DNA of 64,000 nt from Octopus vulgaris (GCA_951406725.2 OX597822.1:76260001-76324000), one strand, 5' to 3'. Shown: positions 1 through 13,089, counted from the stretch's first letter. Program-made: numbers and translations. Notes: generated by a model from the sequence alone, not told the origin.

Positions 1-206
1 ACAGTCACACAAACACATACACGCATATATATATACATATATACTATGGGCTTCTTTCAGTTTCCGTCTACCAAATACACTCACAAGGCTTTGGTCGGCC
101 CGAGGCTATAGTAGAAGACACATGCCCAAGGTGCCACGCAGTGGGACTAAACCCGGAACCATGTGGTTGGTAAACAAGCTACTTACCACACAGCCACTCC
201 TGCGCC
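1..206 (-). mobile_element. SINE family A (tRNA-derived head with CORE-like segment), head half, cut by window edge
   Basis: Reverse complement reads ggcgcaggagtggctgtgtggtaag...ccggg.t.agtccc (A/B-box-like) then caccttgggca.gtgtcttc; same motif recurs more than 20 times in the window. Confidence 0.9.
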
Positions 207-376
207 TATATGTGTATATATAATTGTATGTATCGTTATATGTGTATATATAATTGTATGTGTGAGTATACATATGTATGTGTGTGTGTATATATATAAC
301 CTCTATTTTTTATCTTTTAGTTGTTTCAGTCACTGGATTGTGGCCATGCTGAAGCACAGCTTTGAAAGGTTTAGGC

Positions 377-604
377 CAGTAGTTTTCAACTGCGGCCCTT
401 ATGGCTCTCGAGGATCCATATAAGATTTTGTTTTTAAAATTTATGTGCAATAAACTGGTTATATTTCTATAAAGCATTAAACATTTAAGCTTTTTATACA
501 ATTCCTAATGATATTTAATCATAAAAATATAATAGGAGTTTTTTGGCATCGAATGGGGATAAAAAAAAGCTCATATGTAAAAAGAAATGGTTGAAAAACC
601 GCTG
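377..604. mobile_element. hAT-like MITE inserted into a SINE-A tail
   Basis: TIRs cagtagttttcaac / gttgaaaaaccgctg; degenerate 8-bp flanks gtttaggc / gtttggtt; SINE-A tail resumes on both sides; related copy at 49829-50107. Confidence 0.7.
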
Positions 605-780
605 GTTTGGTTAAACAAATTCACCTCTGAGCTTATTTTTTAAAGTCTAGAACTTATTCTATCGCTCTCTTTTGCTGACACCGGTTCCCATGCGATGGAC
701 AAACACATCATTGACGCAAATTCACATATATAGATATGTATGTGTGTGTGTGGGGGGGGGCTGTGTTTCTGTGTGTATAT

Positions 781-895
781 CATTATTCAGTTTTATTTCA
801 AGATTTCTTACCAATAGAGAGAGTCAGTTTCTAGCCTAGATCCAAGGTTCCTTCATTGGAATTTCAACAACAACAATAGGGCATTTTTGTTTGTT
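781..895 (-). mobile_element. ~115-bp (CATA)n-associated element, solitary copy (R4/Dong 3'UTR-related)
   Basis: Reverse complement matches the four units at 53200-53970 end to end (aaaa.ccct.ttgttg.tgttgaaattccaatgaagg...aaaactgaataatga). Confidence 0.85.
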
Positions 896-2388
896 TGTAT
901 GTACAGAGCGTTTCGGCTAAAATTGACGACATTTATGTTTCCATTTTCAAGAATAGCTTGATGTATAGGTGAACAGTTAACGGCGTTGGAGAGCATAAAC
1001 ATCAGTATAAATAAATTTAACGTAGGATAGAACACATTACTCAATGAGATTGCATTTGGAATCACGTGATTGCTAACTCTTATTTGAGCTGCACTTCCAA
1101 GGGTGTTTAATTTGGCAATGCTAGTCACGTGAGGCTTGAGAAAAGAGAGTACAATCTATGAAAGGTTGAGTCAATTGTTTTTACAAAACTTAACATCTTC
1201 AGTATAAATATTTTATTGATCCCGGGTGGGGGAAATTAAAACGAAACTCAATCCAGTGGGATTTGAAATCAGAAGAACCATATTCAGATAAAGAAAGCAG
1301 GAAAAATACTAAAATTAAATATATTCAGTTATTCTCAACTGTTTCTAGGTTGGCGGCGGCTACCAAACAACAAAAGCTATATGGTCGGTTACGCCAAAAA
1401 TTAATATATATATTACAGTGAAGCATAAACACTCTAAAAGCAACATTAAGCTTTTCGCACCAAGGATTTCATTAAAATATTCATTAGAAATGCACTTAAG
1501 CCAACTTAAATTAACACATCTGACCTTTATGAAATACGGAGTTAGCTTCGATTAGTTTCAAAGTCAATGTTTTCAAAAGAAAATAAAGGTGTCGCCCAAT
1601 TAACACGTACGACATAACGTTTGGCATTTTGGATGCTTGCGTGTTGATTTAAGAGCAATTATAATAATTTTTTAATGAAATCTCTCGTGACTATAGAGTA
1701 CTGCTTTAATATTCATTTTGGAGATTTTTGTGCAGTTTTAAGGATATTTTTTCTTCTTTGCTTCTCATATAATCTTCGACTTTATGTCTTTTGTTTGACA
1801 ATGACATTGCTATGACACAAAAGGCATGAGATTTATTTTGCAAATCCGTGGTTTCATGTTCTATCCTACTGTAAACTGAAGCCGATAGATATTTTGTAGA
1901 ATTTGGTAAACAGAAACTGTGTGGAAGCCCATGCGTTGCAGAAACCTTTGTCCAGTTCTTGGATTGTATGTTTAATCGTCGCTTAATTTAACACAACCGT
2001 TCGACTCCTGGACATCAAATGTCATTCAAACCAACTCCACTACACTCTCAGCCGTACCACACTCAGGGTTCCTGCAAAAAAGAGATGGGTTTTCTTTTTA
2101 CTCCGGGGGAAATCCTGATGCAATCTGCAACTTCAACCGTTTCCATCTCCATATCCTCACCATCTATACATAATGAGCAACAGTATATCTTTCGAGGGAG
2201 TATTTCAAAAACCGAAACAGCGGTCGAGATAATGAAGGAGTCTCATCATGATCGTTCAATTCGTTTGAAAGCCTTGTTTTAAAAAAATCCCTTTAAATCA
2301 TACAGTCTCTTTTTTTTTTATGAGGTTTTGTCTCAAATATGTTTTGAGGTCACTGGAGTGAAATGAACGACAACGAAAGAAGGGACCA

Positions 2389-2664
2389 CTAACTCAAAAA
2401 ATGTTGATTGATAGAAAGCTTAAAGGAGTGAATATCATAGACAAAAGGAAACCAAGGCGATAACAGTGAGTTCCAGTGAGGAGCAGTTGGAGGAGAGAAT
2501 CTATCAGAATAAAAGGATTTATGATAAAGAGGACTTATCACTGAGAGGAAGTTCAACGTAGAAACGATGCGCTTCGGAAGAGAAGAGGATGACACGTTTG
2601 AAGGGTCTTCACAGATGGTTTTTAAGCCTTCTTGATTCTCCGATAGATTAGCAGGGAGGATCAC
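2389..2664 (-). mobile_element. Degenerate 3' end of a LINE ORF2 (CR1/Jockey-group-like)
   Basis: Translation YHKSFY...WNSLLSPWFPFVYDIHSFKLSINQHF resembles the SFFxR..WNSLP..FP..Y.L..FK..VN C-terminal motif of these LINEs. Confidence 0.5.
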
Positions 2665-2819
2665 AATGGAAAATGTATTCTTTGGTACACTAATACTGAT
2701 AAAAACAAAATAGATGAGGGAAGGTGCCCAGGTTGGAATGTCTTTAATTGTAGCCGATCAATTCGGTCAAAACTAAACAGGAAATAAAAATAAAAAGGAG
2801 AACGCGTCGTTGTTGTAGT

Positions 2820-3250
2820 CTTCATAAGATAAATCGATCTGCTAGAAATAGCAATAAAATCTCTCTCAAATCACACGCTATCCTCTTTAAAAGAAAAGGA
2901 AGAACACATTGGAAAATGTACTCCTACATACACTATTCGCACCCTGCTATTTCCCGATAAATATAGAAACAGAATGGTATCCCGATCAGATCCCCTTTCA
3001 TCTGAGCAATCCTACTCGATAAGGGTGGATTTGGAAATAAACGATAATATCAATGATGTAAATTTGTCTTTGTAAGCTTCATCTACTTGCCAGAAATAAC
3101 AGTCAAACCTCTCTCAAATCACACATTATTGTCTGAGAAAAAGAAGGATACTTTGGGTAATGCAATCTTATATACACAATATCCATCGCTAAAATGATTT
3201 TCATCAATAAGTTTGCTGAACTAAGATTAACGGTGATTTGGGAGCTAAAG
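2820..3250 (+). repeat. Old interspersed repeat (two tandem degenerate copies; gctagaaatagc...ggggctaaacaacaac family)
   Basis: Shared motif gctagaaata.ca...ctctcaaatcacac; other copies at about 16205-16395, 17105-17285 and 43140-43300 (-). Confidence 0.6.
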
Positions 3251-4149
3251 CTGTTTAGCTAAATACCTCTTTGAGGTCTTTTCTTAATCTATAAAGTAAA
3301 CGTCCGTTCATATTAGGTGAGGCCATAAGATTAGCGCTCTACATTTAAACCTATCCACAACGCAAGAATTCTTTCATGTAAAAGGTCGGAAACTTAACAT
3401 AATCCTGCTCCAGCGGTTGATTTCTTGGAAACATCAAATTATTCGTTTCCAAGTATTTTTTCTTTCTCTTTTTGGTTTTGTTTTTAGCTCAGATTAAATT
3501 ATCGTCTGTGCTAAGCGAAAACTCCTATAACTGTTGTGTTTCTTCCCGCTATAAAATTTATTTCTATGCACTGGACTGTGTCAAATGTACGAAACACGGT
3601 AGCTACACAATACACGCTGCAGCGATGGGATATTAATTTATTTACTGAAAGATGACATTGCACTCTGCTTGTAATTCGGGAATCACATTCGACAAATCAC
3701 ATGCATAGATCTATACATAGAAAAAATTCTCTAAGTGTTACTTTATTTGCCATTTTCAGATAAGCCAGAAGCAAATCAATTCTATAAATGTTTCCCCAAC
3801 ACGGCACAGCAAGTGAACGAGCTTACCAGTTGAGATACTAAAGGGATTTATAGCATGCATGTTGATCTCCATGCCAGATTCACTAATTGGTATGAAGCAT
3901 TTTGTGAAAGTTAAGACTGTGAGAATAGGATTATTCATGGAGAGGTAGAATTCGGTGACACTAAATTGCGTAAATTTACTGTGATGTGTCTTTAATACAA
4001 CCGAATCATTCCGTTATAGCCAGACTATGTTCTATACTCTACCACCGGGGTTGGTTCCTGTTGCGGTGGGGTGGAGTGGGGGCGTCACTGAGACTGAGAG
4101 TTGCGCTGTGCCAGCTGAGATAATTAATAGAAATAGGAGTGGGTGTGTA

Positions 4150-4206
4150 CCAACCACATGATTCCGGGTTCAGTCCTACTGCGCGGCAACTTGGGCAAGT
4201 GTCTTC

Positions 4207-4262
<56 letters not shown>

Positions 4263-4324
4263 CCTCGGGCCGACCAAAACCTTGTGATTGGATTTGGTAG
4301 ATGGAAACTGGAAGAAGCCCGTCG

Positions 4325-4378
<54 letters not shown>

Positions 4379-4570
4379 TGCCCCCAACATCGCTTGACAA
4401 CCGATGCTGGTTTGTTTGCGTCCTCGCAACTTAGCGGTTCGACAAAAGAGACCGATAGAATAAGTACTAGGCTTACAAAGAATAAGTCCTGGAATCGATT
4501 TGCCCGACTAAAGGCGGTGCTCCAGCATGGCCGCAGTCAAATGACTGAAACAAATAAAAGAATATAAGAA
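4150..4570 (+). mobile_element. SINE family A, near full length, with internal (TA)n and (TA)n(TG)n tracts
   Basis: Head, internal microsatellite and tail ggcggtgctccagcatggccgcagtcaaatgactgaaac all present. Confidence 0.9.
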
Positions 4571-5643
4571 ATATATTTTTTTAAAGCATACACAGTACAA
4601 TTGGACAAGTTTGTAACATTCTTCTTTACTGCATGGTTAAAAGAAGAGATATAATCAAAAGTTCCCATGTTTAAATTCGCCGTAGAGATTTTTGCCGTAA
4701 GAAAATTTGTCGTAGGAAATTTAGCCATAACGGCGGCAAACAAGCAGATTATAAACTAGAAATTCATTTTTAAAAAAATTACCTTTCTCTGCTCGGTAGC
4801 TTAGTTGATGAAGTTGCCATTTCAAGAAAACAGCTAATGTTCTTTCTTTTTTATTCTGCAATTTATAATTTTTTATGGCGAATTTTCCAACGCAAAAACG
4901 TCTACAACGAAATTTCTGATAACCTTAAATTTGTCCTGTCATATTTTAATTGTTAGTTTTTCGTATCACATCAATATTTAACTTGGTAGAAGCAATTCCA
5001 TTTCATACACGATCACTCCAATATTATATGAATTGTTGGTTTAGTGGGCATTCGTTAGTATTTCTACATATACAGATGTTCTCAGTTATCTTTAGAAGTG
5101 TAATAAGTAATTAAATTCTCCACGTTGGCAGCGCACCTATAACTCAGTTGAAAAGTGTTTCTGTGAGATAATTTTTCTGTATCAGTGGTTAATAGAGAAA
5201 CGCATATGAATTAAAACTGGGAAGTTTTCTGTAATCTCGGACATCTAGTTTTAAGAAAAGTAGTGTAAACACAATTATATTAAGGCATATCATTTTAGTA
5301 TACGATAGCTAGAAGTGTAAGTGATCCCATCTTTCAATTCATGAGATTATTATAAGGCGACATGCTAGTAGAATCGCTGTTAGTAAGTCGGATAAAATGT
5401 TTAGCGAAATTTCTTCCGGCTCTTTATGTTCTGAGCTCAAATCTCATCGAAGTCAACTTTGCTCTTTGTCCCTTTGGGATCGATAAAATAAAGTACCAGT
5501 CAAATACTTGGTTCTATGCTATTGACTTGACCCCTTCTCTCAAAGCTGCTGTCTTTGAATCGCGCGACGGACTGGCGTCCCGTCCAGGGTTACGGTGGTG
5601 ATACGCCATGGAAACCGGTAAAGCACCCTACGAGTGCTAGGAC

Positions 5644-5684
<41 letters not shown>

Positions 5685-6416
5685 TACATACACATAGACA
5701 GTTAGATAGATATATGCGTAGTTGTGAGGTAAAAACCTTGCTTCCCAACCACATAGTTCTGGGTTCGGTCCTTCTGTGTCGCATCTAGGGCCAATGTCTC
5801 CAACTATAGTTTCAGGTCTCCCAAAGCCTTATGCGTGGATTTGGTAGACGAAAACTGAAAAGAATGCCGTCATAGGAGCATATATCTATGTGTGCCTTTG
5901 TGTCTGTGTCTGCTTGATAACTGGTGTTGGTGATATAACGGTTCGTGATAAGAGACCGAAAGAATATGTACTAGGTTGTAAAAAGAAAAGTCCTATGTGT
6001 GCCCCAGCATGGCCGAAATCTAATAACTGAACCAAGTACAAAATAAATCAGAGCTATCTAACAAACCCATAATTACATCAAAAGAATCTATTGTATCTTA
6101 TATTTCTCACCCAGTCAAAATCTTTTATCAAAAAGCGGAGATTTCTTAGCTTTCACACTAATTCAAATTTCCTTATTATCTCTGTAATATATCTAAGCCA
6201 ATTCTGATCAATCGAGATACAGAGATAGATAGAGAAGATTCAAAAATAGCAAATCGGCTAAATTTGGAGTTATTCTTGTTATTAATACAATTAAACCAAC
6301 TCATAGCATAATTGTTATAGCGCCATCATTACATGTTGATTTCCTTTCTAATATTAATTTTGATATTGAGACTTCCTTGCTCGTGTTTGCCTTACTCTTG
6401 ACATTAAGCTCGTGTA

Positions 6417-6645
6417 AGGCGGCGGCGATCTGGCGTAATCGTTAGCACGCCGGACAAAATGCTTAGCGGCATTTCGTCCGTCTTCTCGTTCTGAGTTCAA
6501 AATCTGCTGAGGTCGACTTTGCCTTTCGTTTTTTCGAGGTCGATTAAATAAGTACCAGTCACGCACTGGGGGTGGGGCGATGTAATCGACTTCCTCCCTT
6601 CCCTGAACTTGCTGGCCTTGTGCCATAAGTTGAAACCGATATCAA
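6417..6645 (+). mobile_element. SINE family B (tRNA-derived; gagttcaaa B-box, gtcgactttgcctttc central module)
   Basis: aggcggcg..ctggc..aatcgttagcacgccgg...ctgagttcaaa; about 20 related copies in the window. Confidence 0.85.
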
Positions 6646-7018
6646 GTACGTATACTAATCTGTACCTAATTGAATTATCCATCTCAAATAGGACCTACAG
6701 TCAATATCAATTATAATCAATATACACATCATACGCACACATATCTGTATGCATATGTATTTGTTTATATGTATGTGGGCGTATATGTATATGTGTGCAT
6801 GTATGCATATATATATGTATATATATATATGTGTGTGTGTGTGTATGCATATATAGGTATATATATATATGTGTGTATGTGTATATATGTATATATATAT
6901 ATAAATATATATATGCGTGTGTGTGCGTATATATATATACATGTGTGTATATATACATATGTGTGTATATATGTGTATGTGTATATGTGTGTGTATATAT
7001 ATATATACATATACATTG

Positions 7019-7049
<31 letters not shown>

Positions 7050-7105
7050 ACATTATTGGTGAATTGAAGAAATGGAGCTGAACGCAGATTGAACAGAAAT
7101 CGTTT

Positions 7106-7199
7106 TATTTCATTCTACACGTGTTTCGAAAGGCACAAATTACCAAAATCCGATGGAATAATGGGACCATATTGTGTTTTTCTCTTCAGGAAGAAAATA
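7106..7199 (-). ncRNA. Hammerhead ribozyme (type I) in the inverted pseudo-LTR
   Basis: Mirror copy of 9183-9276 with an intact CUGAAGA / GAAA / GUA core. Confidence 0.75.
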
Positions 7200-7272
7200 G
7201 GAAATCCGTTGGAAAAACAAAAACAGAACAGAGGCGGAGCAAAAAAATATCGAACTATGCTCCTAAGAGCCC

Positions 7273-8597
7273 ATGGCGAAACTGGCGGAATTTTATAACG
7301 CCGCACTATCCAAGGCCGGTTATAGGCAGAAGGTAATTTATATTGATCCGGCCCTTCTGATGCCATCATTCGGTCATCAGGATAGGGCCGTATATAATAA
7401 CATTAACATTTTAAGTAAGGACGGGAGCGCGGTGGATGCCGGGGTAGTCGCTCCCGCATTTAATTTAGCGAACAAGGATAATTATCGGTCCGGGAGGTCT
7501 TACACTAACCCAAGACCCGTTATTCATCCGAGAATCACCCACCCGAATGCGAGAGCTGGCGTCCCGACCCATCACACTGATAGGAATAAGCATATATGGT
7601 TTGTAATCCCCTTTGGTAAGCAGATTAGAACTAACCTCCCCCTCATGTTTAGACAAGCCATCGCCAATAACTTCCGCAGAAATTCCAAATATTACTCCAC
7701 GGTTAACTCGCATAAAGTTAGGATAGCTTTCTCCAACACTAAAAACCTCGCCCAGATAATCGCCTCCCATAATAATAGGCTACTTACTAAGACCCTATCA
7801 CCTTTTTCCGGAGGCACAGCCTCTTCCGCTCCCGGTTTAATGCTCAGTAGGAATAATTATAGTAGTAATAATGATATGAGAGCCAGTACAGTGACACATA
7901 ATCTCAGCTCCAGCCAGGGAGTACCCACTAGGGGTATAGTTATAAATAGGGGTGTTGTGGTTGACGGTAACAATGGGAGTAGGGTAGAGAGCCCCAATAG
8001 CATCCCCAGCATCATTTCCCGCAATAGCAGCACCACGGGCAGTAGCAATGACAGCACTTTGATAGATAGTGGAGAATCAGGGGTTATTCCTATAGTTAAT
8101 AGTGACGTAGTGGAAAATAGAGTAGTAAGCGGCTGCAGGTCTCGGAACGAATATAGTGACAGGAACGCAGTTCTAATTTCAGAAACTAATCCTAGCAGAA
8201 TTAGATTCACGTCGGCGAACTCCAAGATCAAAACGCCGTCTACCAATGCAAGGTTTACACGGACTCAGATGTCTTCACTTATGTAGGGGCCTCATCCTCA
8301 AGATTGTCTTTGCGTGTCTCCAACCATTACGCAACTTTTCGGGACATGAACAAGCGCCAGACCACGGGACTCAGTAAGCTAATATGGCGACTGAAGGATA
8401 CGAACTTAAGCTACAGGCTGGAATGGTCAATTTTGTCGGTGGCCCTCCCATTTGATAGGGGCAGAAGGCAGTGCAACCTTTGTGTCTCCGAACTCTTCCA
8501 TATTTTGTTTGCCAGAGGCCGGATGGTAAACGGGCTTTTACAGTCGGCTTTTCGATGCCCCCATTGGCGGCGTTACACTTATCTGGCTTTTAAATAG
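7273..8597 (+). pseudogene. Penelope-like ORF remnant: RT thumb/linker plus GIY-YIG endonuclease, one frameshift near 8230
   Basis: YNAALSKAGY...IWFVIPF...KVRIAFS..NLAQII.SHN in 7273-8286; the frame of 8223-8597 reads NAVYQCKV...TYVGAS...VSNH...TGLSKLIWRLK...LEWSIL...CNLCVSE; RT catalytic core absent. Confidence 0.85.
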
Positions 8598-9182
8598 CGT
8601 TTATAAATAATACCGGCACCCATAGCCCTTGGTAACAAATTCTGAAATAGCCTTTAAGATATCTACGATTAACCACTGCAAGGGGAATTACTCCTGTAAG
8701 ACAAACGGGGCTTGGTTTTTTCACAGCGGGGGTTTCCTTGACAAGGCAGGCTTAGATGAACACACACACACATAAAACATGATATATATATTTTTTTTTC
8801 TGCCACCCAACGGTTATCACGGCAGTAGCCACTGACAGCCGAACGATCAAACGCACACACGTACACAAAAAATGTTTTCTACCCCTACGCCAACACACAC
8901 ATATATAGAACAGTATACACACACACACGTCTCTAAGTAGATTTTTTCTCGCCCCTTATAAAACATCCAATATTCCTTAAATAGTCAGAACTTTATTCTC
9001 GGTCACAAAGAACATCTACGCACCCTCACCCACATGATTGACCGATGCCTGACCCGTTGAATTCTTCAGCCACCGGTTCTCAACATACACTGATAAACAG
9101 TTTCGCCATGGGCTCTTAGGAGCATAGTTCGATTTGTTTTTGCTCCGCCTCTGTTCTGTTTTTGTTTTTCCAACGGATTTCC

Positions 9183-9276
9183 TATTTTCTTCCTGAAGAG
9201 AAAGACACAATATGGTCCCATTATTCCATCGGATTTTGGTAATTTGTGCCTTTCGAAACACGTGTAGAATGAAATA
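9183..9276 (+). ncRNA. Hammerhead ribozyme (type I, palindromic short stem III) in the Penelope pseudo-LTR
   Basis: Stem I tattttcttc/gaatgaaata; CTGAAGA at 9193-9199; stem II gaaagacacaa/ttgtgcctttc; GAAA at 9255-9258; stem III CACGTG; predicted cleavage after A9266. Confidence 0.8.
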
Positions 9277-9619
9277 AAACGATTTCTGTTCAATCTGCGT
9301 TCAGCTCCATTTCTTCAATTCACCAATAATGTTCTAATTTCAATTATCCGCACCAACGCACGGTTGCAACACCATATGGTTGTACCTCCAACCGTGCTGT
9401 TTTACTGCTGTGATTTTTGCTACTAAGGTATCGGTTAAACTTTTGATTAATCTACTACAAGATTATTCATCTTTCTATTTCAAATTATATATATATATAT
9501 ATATATATACTTTCTTCATACATATACATACATGGTGGTTGTCTACACCCTATGCAGAGCCTGACCATCTGCTGTACCTACACCTTAGAACCACTATGGC
9601 GTTTGATGTGGTTTTATAA

Positions 9620-10530
9620 ACCAGGCAATGTTTACATACAGTAAACCAAAGAAAGGGCCATGCATGACTATGTTTCTAGAAGACTTGAAGACAGTAACAT
9701 TGACATGAAACGTAGCCTTTCTGGGACACGTGAACACTAGATCACATCACACTTATAAGGATATGCCTCTGCAATCCAAGAACAGGAGATTGCTGCAAAA
9801 TACCTATTAAACAAAAGAGCTAATAGAATCATTGGAGTTCCAGTGTGCCACCGAAAACGTAGATTATGGCATATTTCAGTGAAAGACGTCACACATGTGA
9901 TTAGGAGCACCCCAGAGATGTCATCAAGGTGCTACCTCCCTATGAGACACGAAGGTGTGGCAAAACAATATGCAATAACATTCGAAAAAAAAGCCTGTCC
10001 TAGAATAAATATAGAGAACCCCCTTCTGTTATTGAATACATACACAAAGATCAACACAAAGAATGTTAGTGGAACATTGCCACGAAAACATTTGTCAAAT
10101 GTAAACATAACAGGCCGGATATTGTTATTTGGGACAGACAAGATAAAGTATGTACCGTCATAGAGGTCAGCTGACATGTGAATTTGAATATCTCGAGAAT
10201 CAAAGAAAAAGAAGATAACTATGGACAACTACTTTGAATGCTCCACCTTGTATATACAGATTATAAATTCACATTTATAACATTAGTAATTAGTGAGCAT
10301 GGCTGTGTGAGTAAATGCCTAAGTGACAGTCTCCATAAGCTAGGGTTTTCAGAAAAGGAAAGAAAGCACCCGACTAACCAGTGCATAACAAATACAAACA
10401 GTAAAAATATGCAAGACTTTTCTCAAATTTGAAATGCGTTTTTGTTACCTAAATTCCAACGATGGAGCTTTGTATCTTTGTTAGAAACCAGATCCTTCCT
10501 CAGAGAAAAACTTTAGATAATTAATAAAAG
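9620..10530 (+). mobile_element. R4/Dong-type (RLE) non-LTR retrotransposon, degenerate 3' fragment with 3'UTR
   Basis: Across frames: AIQEQEIAAKYL, DVTHVI..PEMSSRCYLPMRH..VAK (decayed CCHC knuckle), KHNRPDIVIWD..KVCTVIEVS (PD-(D/E)xK), NYGQL...VKICKTFLKF; stops and frameshifts present. Confidence 0.8.
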
Positions 10531-10539
10531 AAGAGAATA

Positions 10540-11120
10540 AGACGGCAAGCTGACAGAAACGTTAGCCGGGCGAAATGCGTAGCCGTATTTCGTCTGCCGT
10601 TACGTTCTGAGTTCAAATTCCGCCGAGGTCGACTTTGCCTTTCATCCTTTCGGGGTCGATAAATTAAGTACCAGTTACGCACTGGGGTCAATATAATCGA
10701 CTTAATCCGTTTGTCTGTCCTTGTTTGTTCCCTCTGTGTAGCCCCTTGTGGGTAGTAAAGAAATAGGTATTTCGTCTGCCGCTATCTGAGTTCAAATTCC
10801 GCCGAGGTCGACTTTGCCTTTCATCCTTTCGGGGTCGATTAAATAAGTACCAGTTACGCACTGGGGTCGATCTAGTTGACTTAATCCGTTTGTCTGTCCT
10901 TGTTTTCCCCCTCTGTGTGTAGCTCCTTTGTGGGCAGTAAAGAAATTGATATTTCGTCTGTCTTTATTTTTTGGGTTCAAATTCCGCTGAGGTCGACTTT
11001 GTCTTTCATCCTTTCGGGATCGATTAAATAAGTACTAGTTACACACTGGGATCGATATAATGGACTACCCCCTCTCCCAAAAAAATCGCGAGCCTTGTGC
11101 CTAGAGTAGAAAAGAATAAA
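10540..11120 (+). mobile_element. SINE family B, three tandem partially duplicated units
   Basis: tatttcgtctg...gttcaaattccgc.gaggtcgactttg repeated at about 10586, 10768 and 10950. Confidence 0.85.
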
Positions 11121-11564
11121 ATAAGAGAATATATACATTCCGCATATATTCCGTCAAGCAAATTAACTCACAAAGATATTGGTCGACGCGAGCCTTTGGT
11201 ACAAGGCAACAGCGTAAGGCGCCGTACAGTTTTTACTAAGCGACCATCTTCTTCTCACAAAGCTAGCAAAGCCAGGTATGTCTTTGAGCGTGTATGTGCG
11301 TGGGTGTGGGTACTTGGAATCTATTTAAGTAATGTTCCTCGCTGTCGATTCATTGCGATTCTCAGTTTTAAACCAACCATTATAGACGTTTGCAGATCCA
11401 CCAACATTGTTGCTCAAATTTTATCCATTTATTTTATACGATTATTTATTTATTTGTATCGTTGCGCTTTATTTCGTTTTCATTTTGAATCTGTTAGCAT
11501 TTTAACCGACATTCTGGAAAAGAATAAAAGGGAACATTATAATCGTGTAGCGAATGTCGATTAT

Positions 11565-12623
11565 ATGTGTGCGTGCGTGGGTGTAGATGTATGTGTGTGT
11601 GTGTGTGTGCGCGCGTGGGTATATATGTGTGTATTTGTATGCATGTACATATGTGTGTATGTATGCATATGTATGTTTATATATATATGTGTGTGTGTGT
11701 GTGCGTGAGTGTATATGTGTGTATTTGTATGCATGTACATATGTGTGTATGTATGCATATATGTGTGTGTGTGTGTGCGTGCGTTTATATATATCCATGT
11801 ATATGAGTGTACATGTATACGTTTGTATAAATGTGTGTGTATATGTGTGTCAGTATATGCATGTACGTGCGTGTGTGTATATGTATCTATGCAGATATGT
11901 GTATGTATGTATGTATATGTATGTAAATATATATATATATATGTGTGTGTATGTGTGTGTGTGCGTGGGTGTATATGTGTGTACATGTATACGCTTGTAT
12001 ATATGTGTGTGTATGTGTGTGTATGTGTGCGTATGTGTATATGTATATGCGTGCGTGTGTGTATGTGTGTATATTTATGTGTGCACATGTGTGTGTATGT
12101 ATGCATGTATATGTATGTAAATATGTGTGTGTGCGTGTGTGCGTGTGTGTGTGTGCTTGTGTGTGTGTATATACATAGTATTATTATATTTCATATATAG
12201 ATATATAAGTGTGTATATATACATTATGGTTATTGTTACTGGTGGTGCCCCAGCATGAGCGTAGCCTCTGGGCTGAAACGTAGAATACAAGAATGAAAGA
12301 ATAAATAATGTATATGTTCTCTCATTCTTGTGTGTATGTGTATGTGTATGTATGTGTGTATGTGTGTATGTGTGTATGTGTATGTGTGTTTAAGCAAGTA
12401 CATTACGTTTTATTTTATACATACTCGAACACTATTACAGAACTCCGTGTCTGTATTTGTGTGTGTGTGCATGTGTGCGTGTACGTGTGTGAAAGCGTGT
12501 GTGTGTGTGTGTGTGCATGTGTGCGTGGGCGCATGTGAATGTAAGTTCGTGTGTGTGTGTTTGTGTGTGTGTGAATATGAGTGTTTGAGTGAATGTGTGT
12601 GTCTGTAAATGTGTTTGTGTTCT

Positions 12624-12685
<62 letters not shown>

Positions 12686-12810
12686 AATGTGTGTGTGTGT
12701 GTGTGAATCTGAATGTGCGCGTGTGAATCTGTGTGAATGTGCGTGTGAATCTGAATGTGTGTGTGCGCGCGTGCGCGATCACTTAATTCACATACACACA
12801 CACACAGATG
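11565..12810. repeat. Compound (TG)/(TA) microsatellite field
   Basis: Directly visible. Confidence 0.95.
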
Positions 12811-13089
12811 TACACCAACGTACAAATACACACTTCGAACATATTAAATGTCAGCAAGAAATAGCAGCGAATTCTCCCTCAATAAACACCTTGAAATCGA
12901 CAGGTGCGTTGACTATAATCGACGTAGGTGTGAGATGTTCCGTCTATTTTCGACGAGGATCCAACGTTTGCTAGAAGAAAACTCTTATTCATACGAAGGG
13001 AATGAGAGCATTCCACAGCAACGGGGAACCGAATGGCCTGCATCTGATGCGATCTCGCAAGGTCGAACATTTGAATTAGAGACACGTTA

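Larger units (their letters stand above)
7050..9485 (+). mobile_element. Penelope-like retroelement, 5'-truncated, with inverted 5' pseudo-LTR
   Basis: 7050-7284 is the reverse complement of 9098-9332 (3 substitutions counted by eye); the interior encodes a PLE RT C-terminal/linker region plus GIY-YIG nuclease; flanked by (TA)n; 3' boundary approximate. Confidence 0.9.

Noticed and set aside
3740-3950. Splice-acceptor-like ttttcag followed by unique sequence
   Set aside because: All frames close within about 25 codons and no partner exon or convincing donor was found
6655-7067. Overlapping YI/VC/HT-rich ORFs here and throughout the window
   Set aside because: They are translations of (TA)n, (TG)n and (CATA)n repeats that lack stop codons; there is no coding signal
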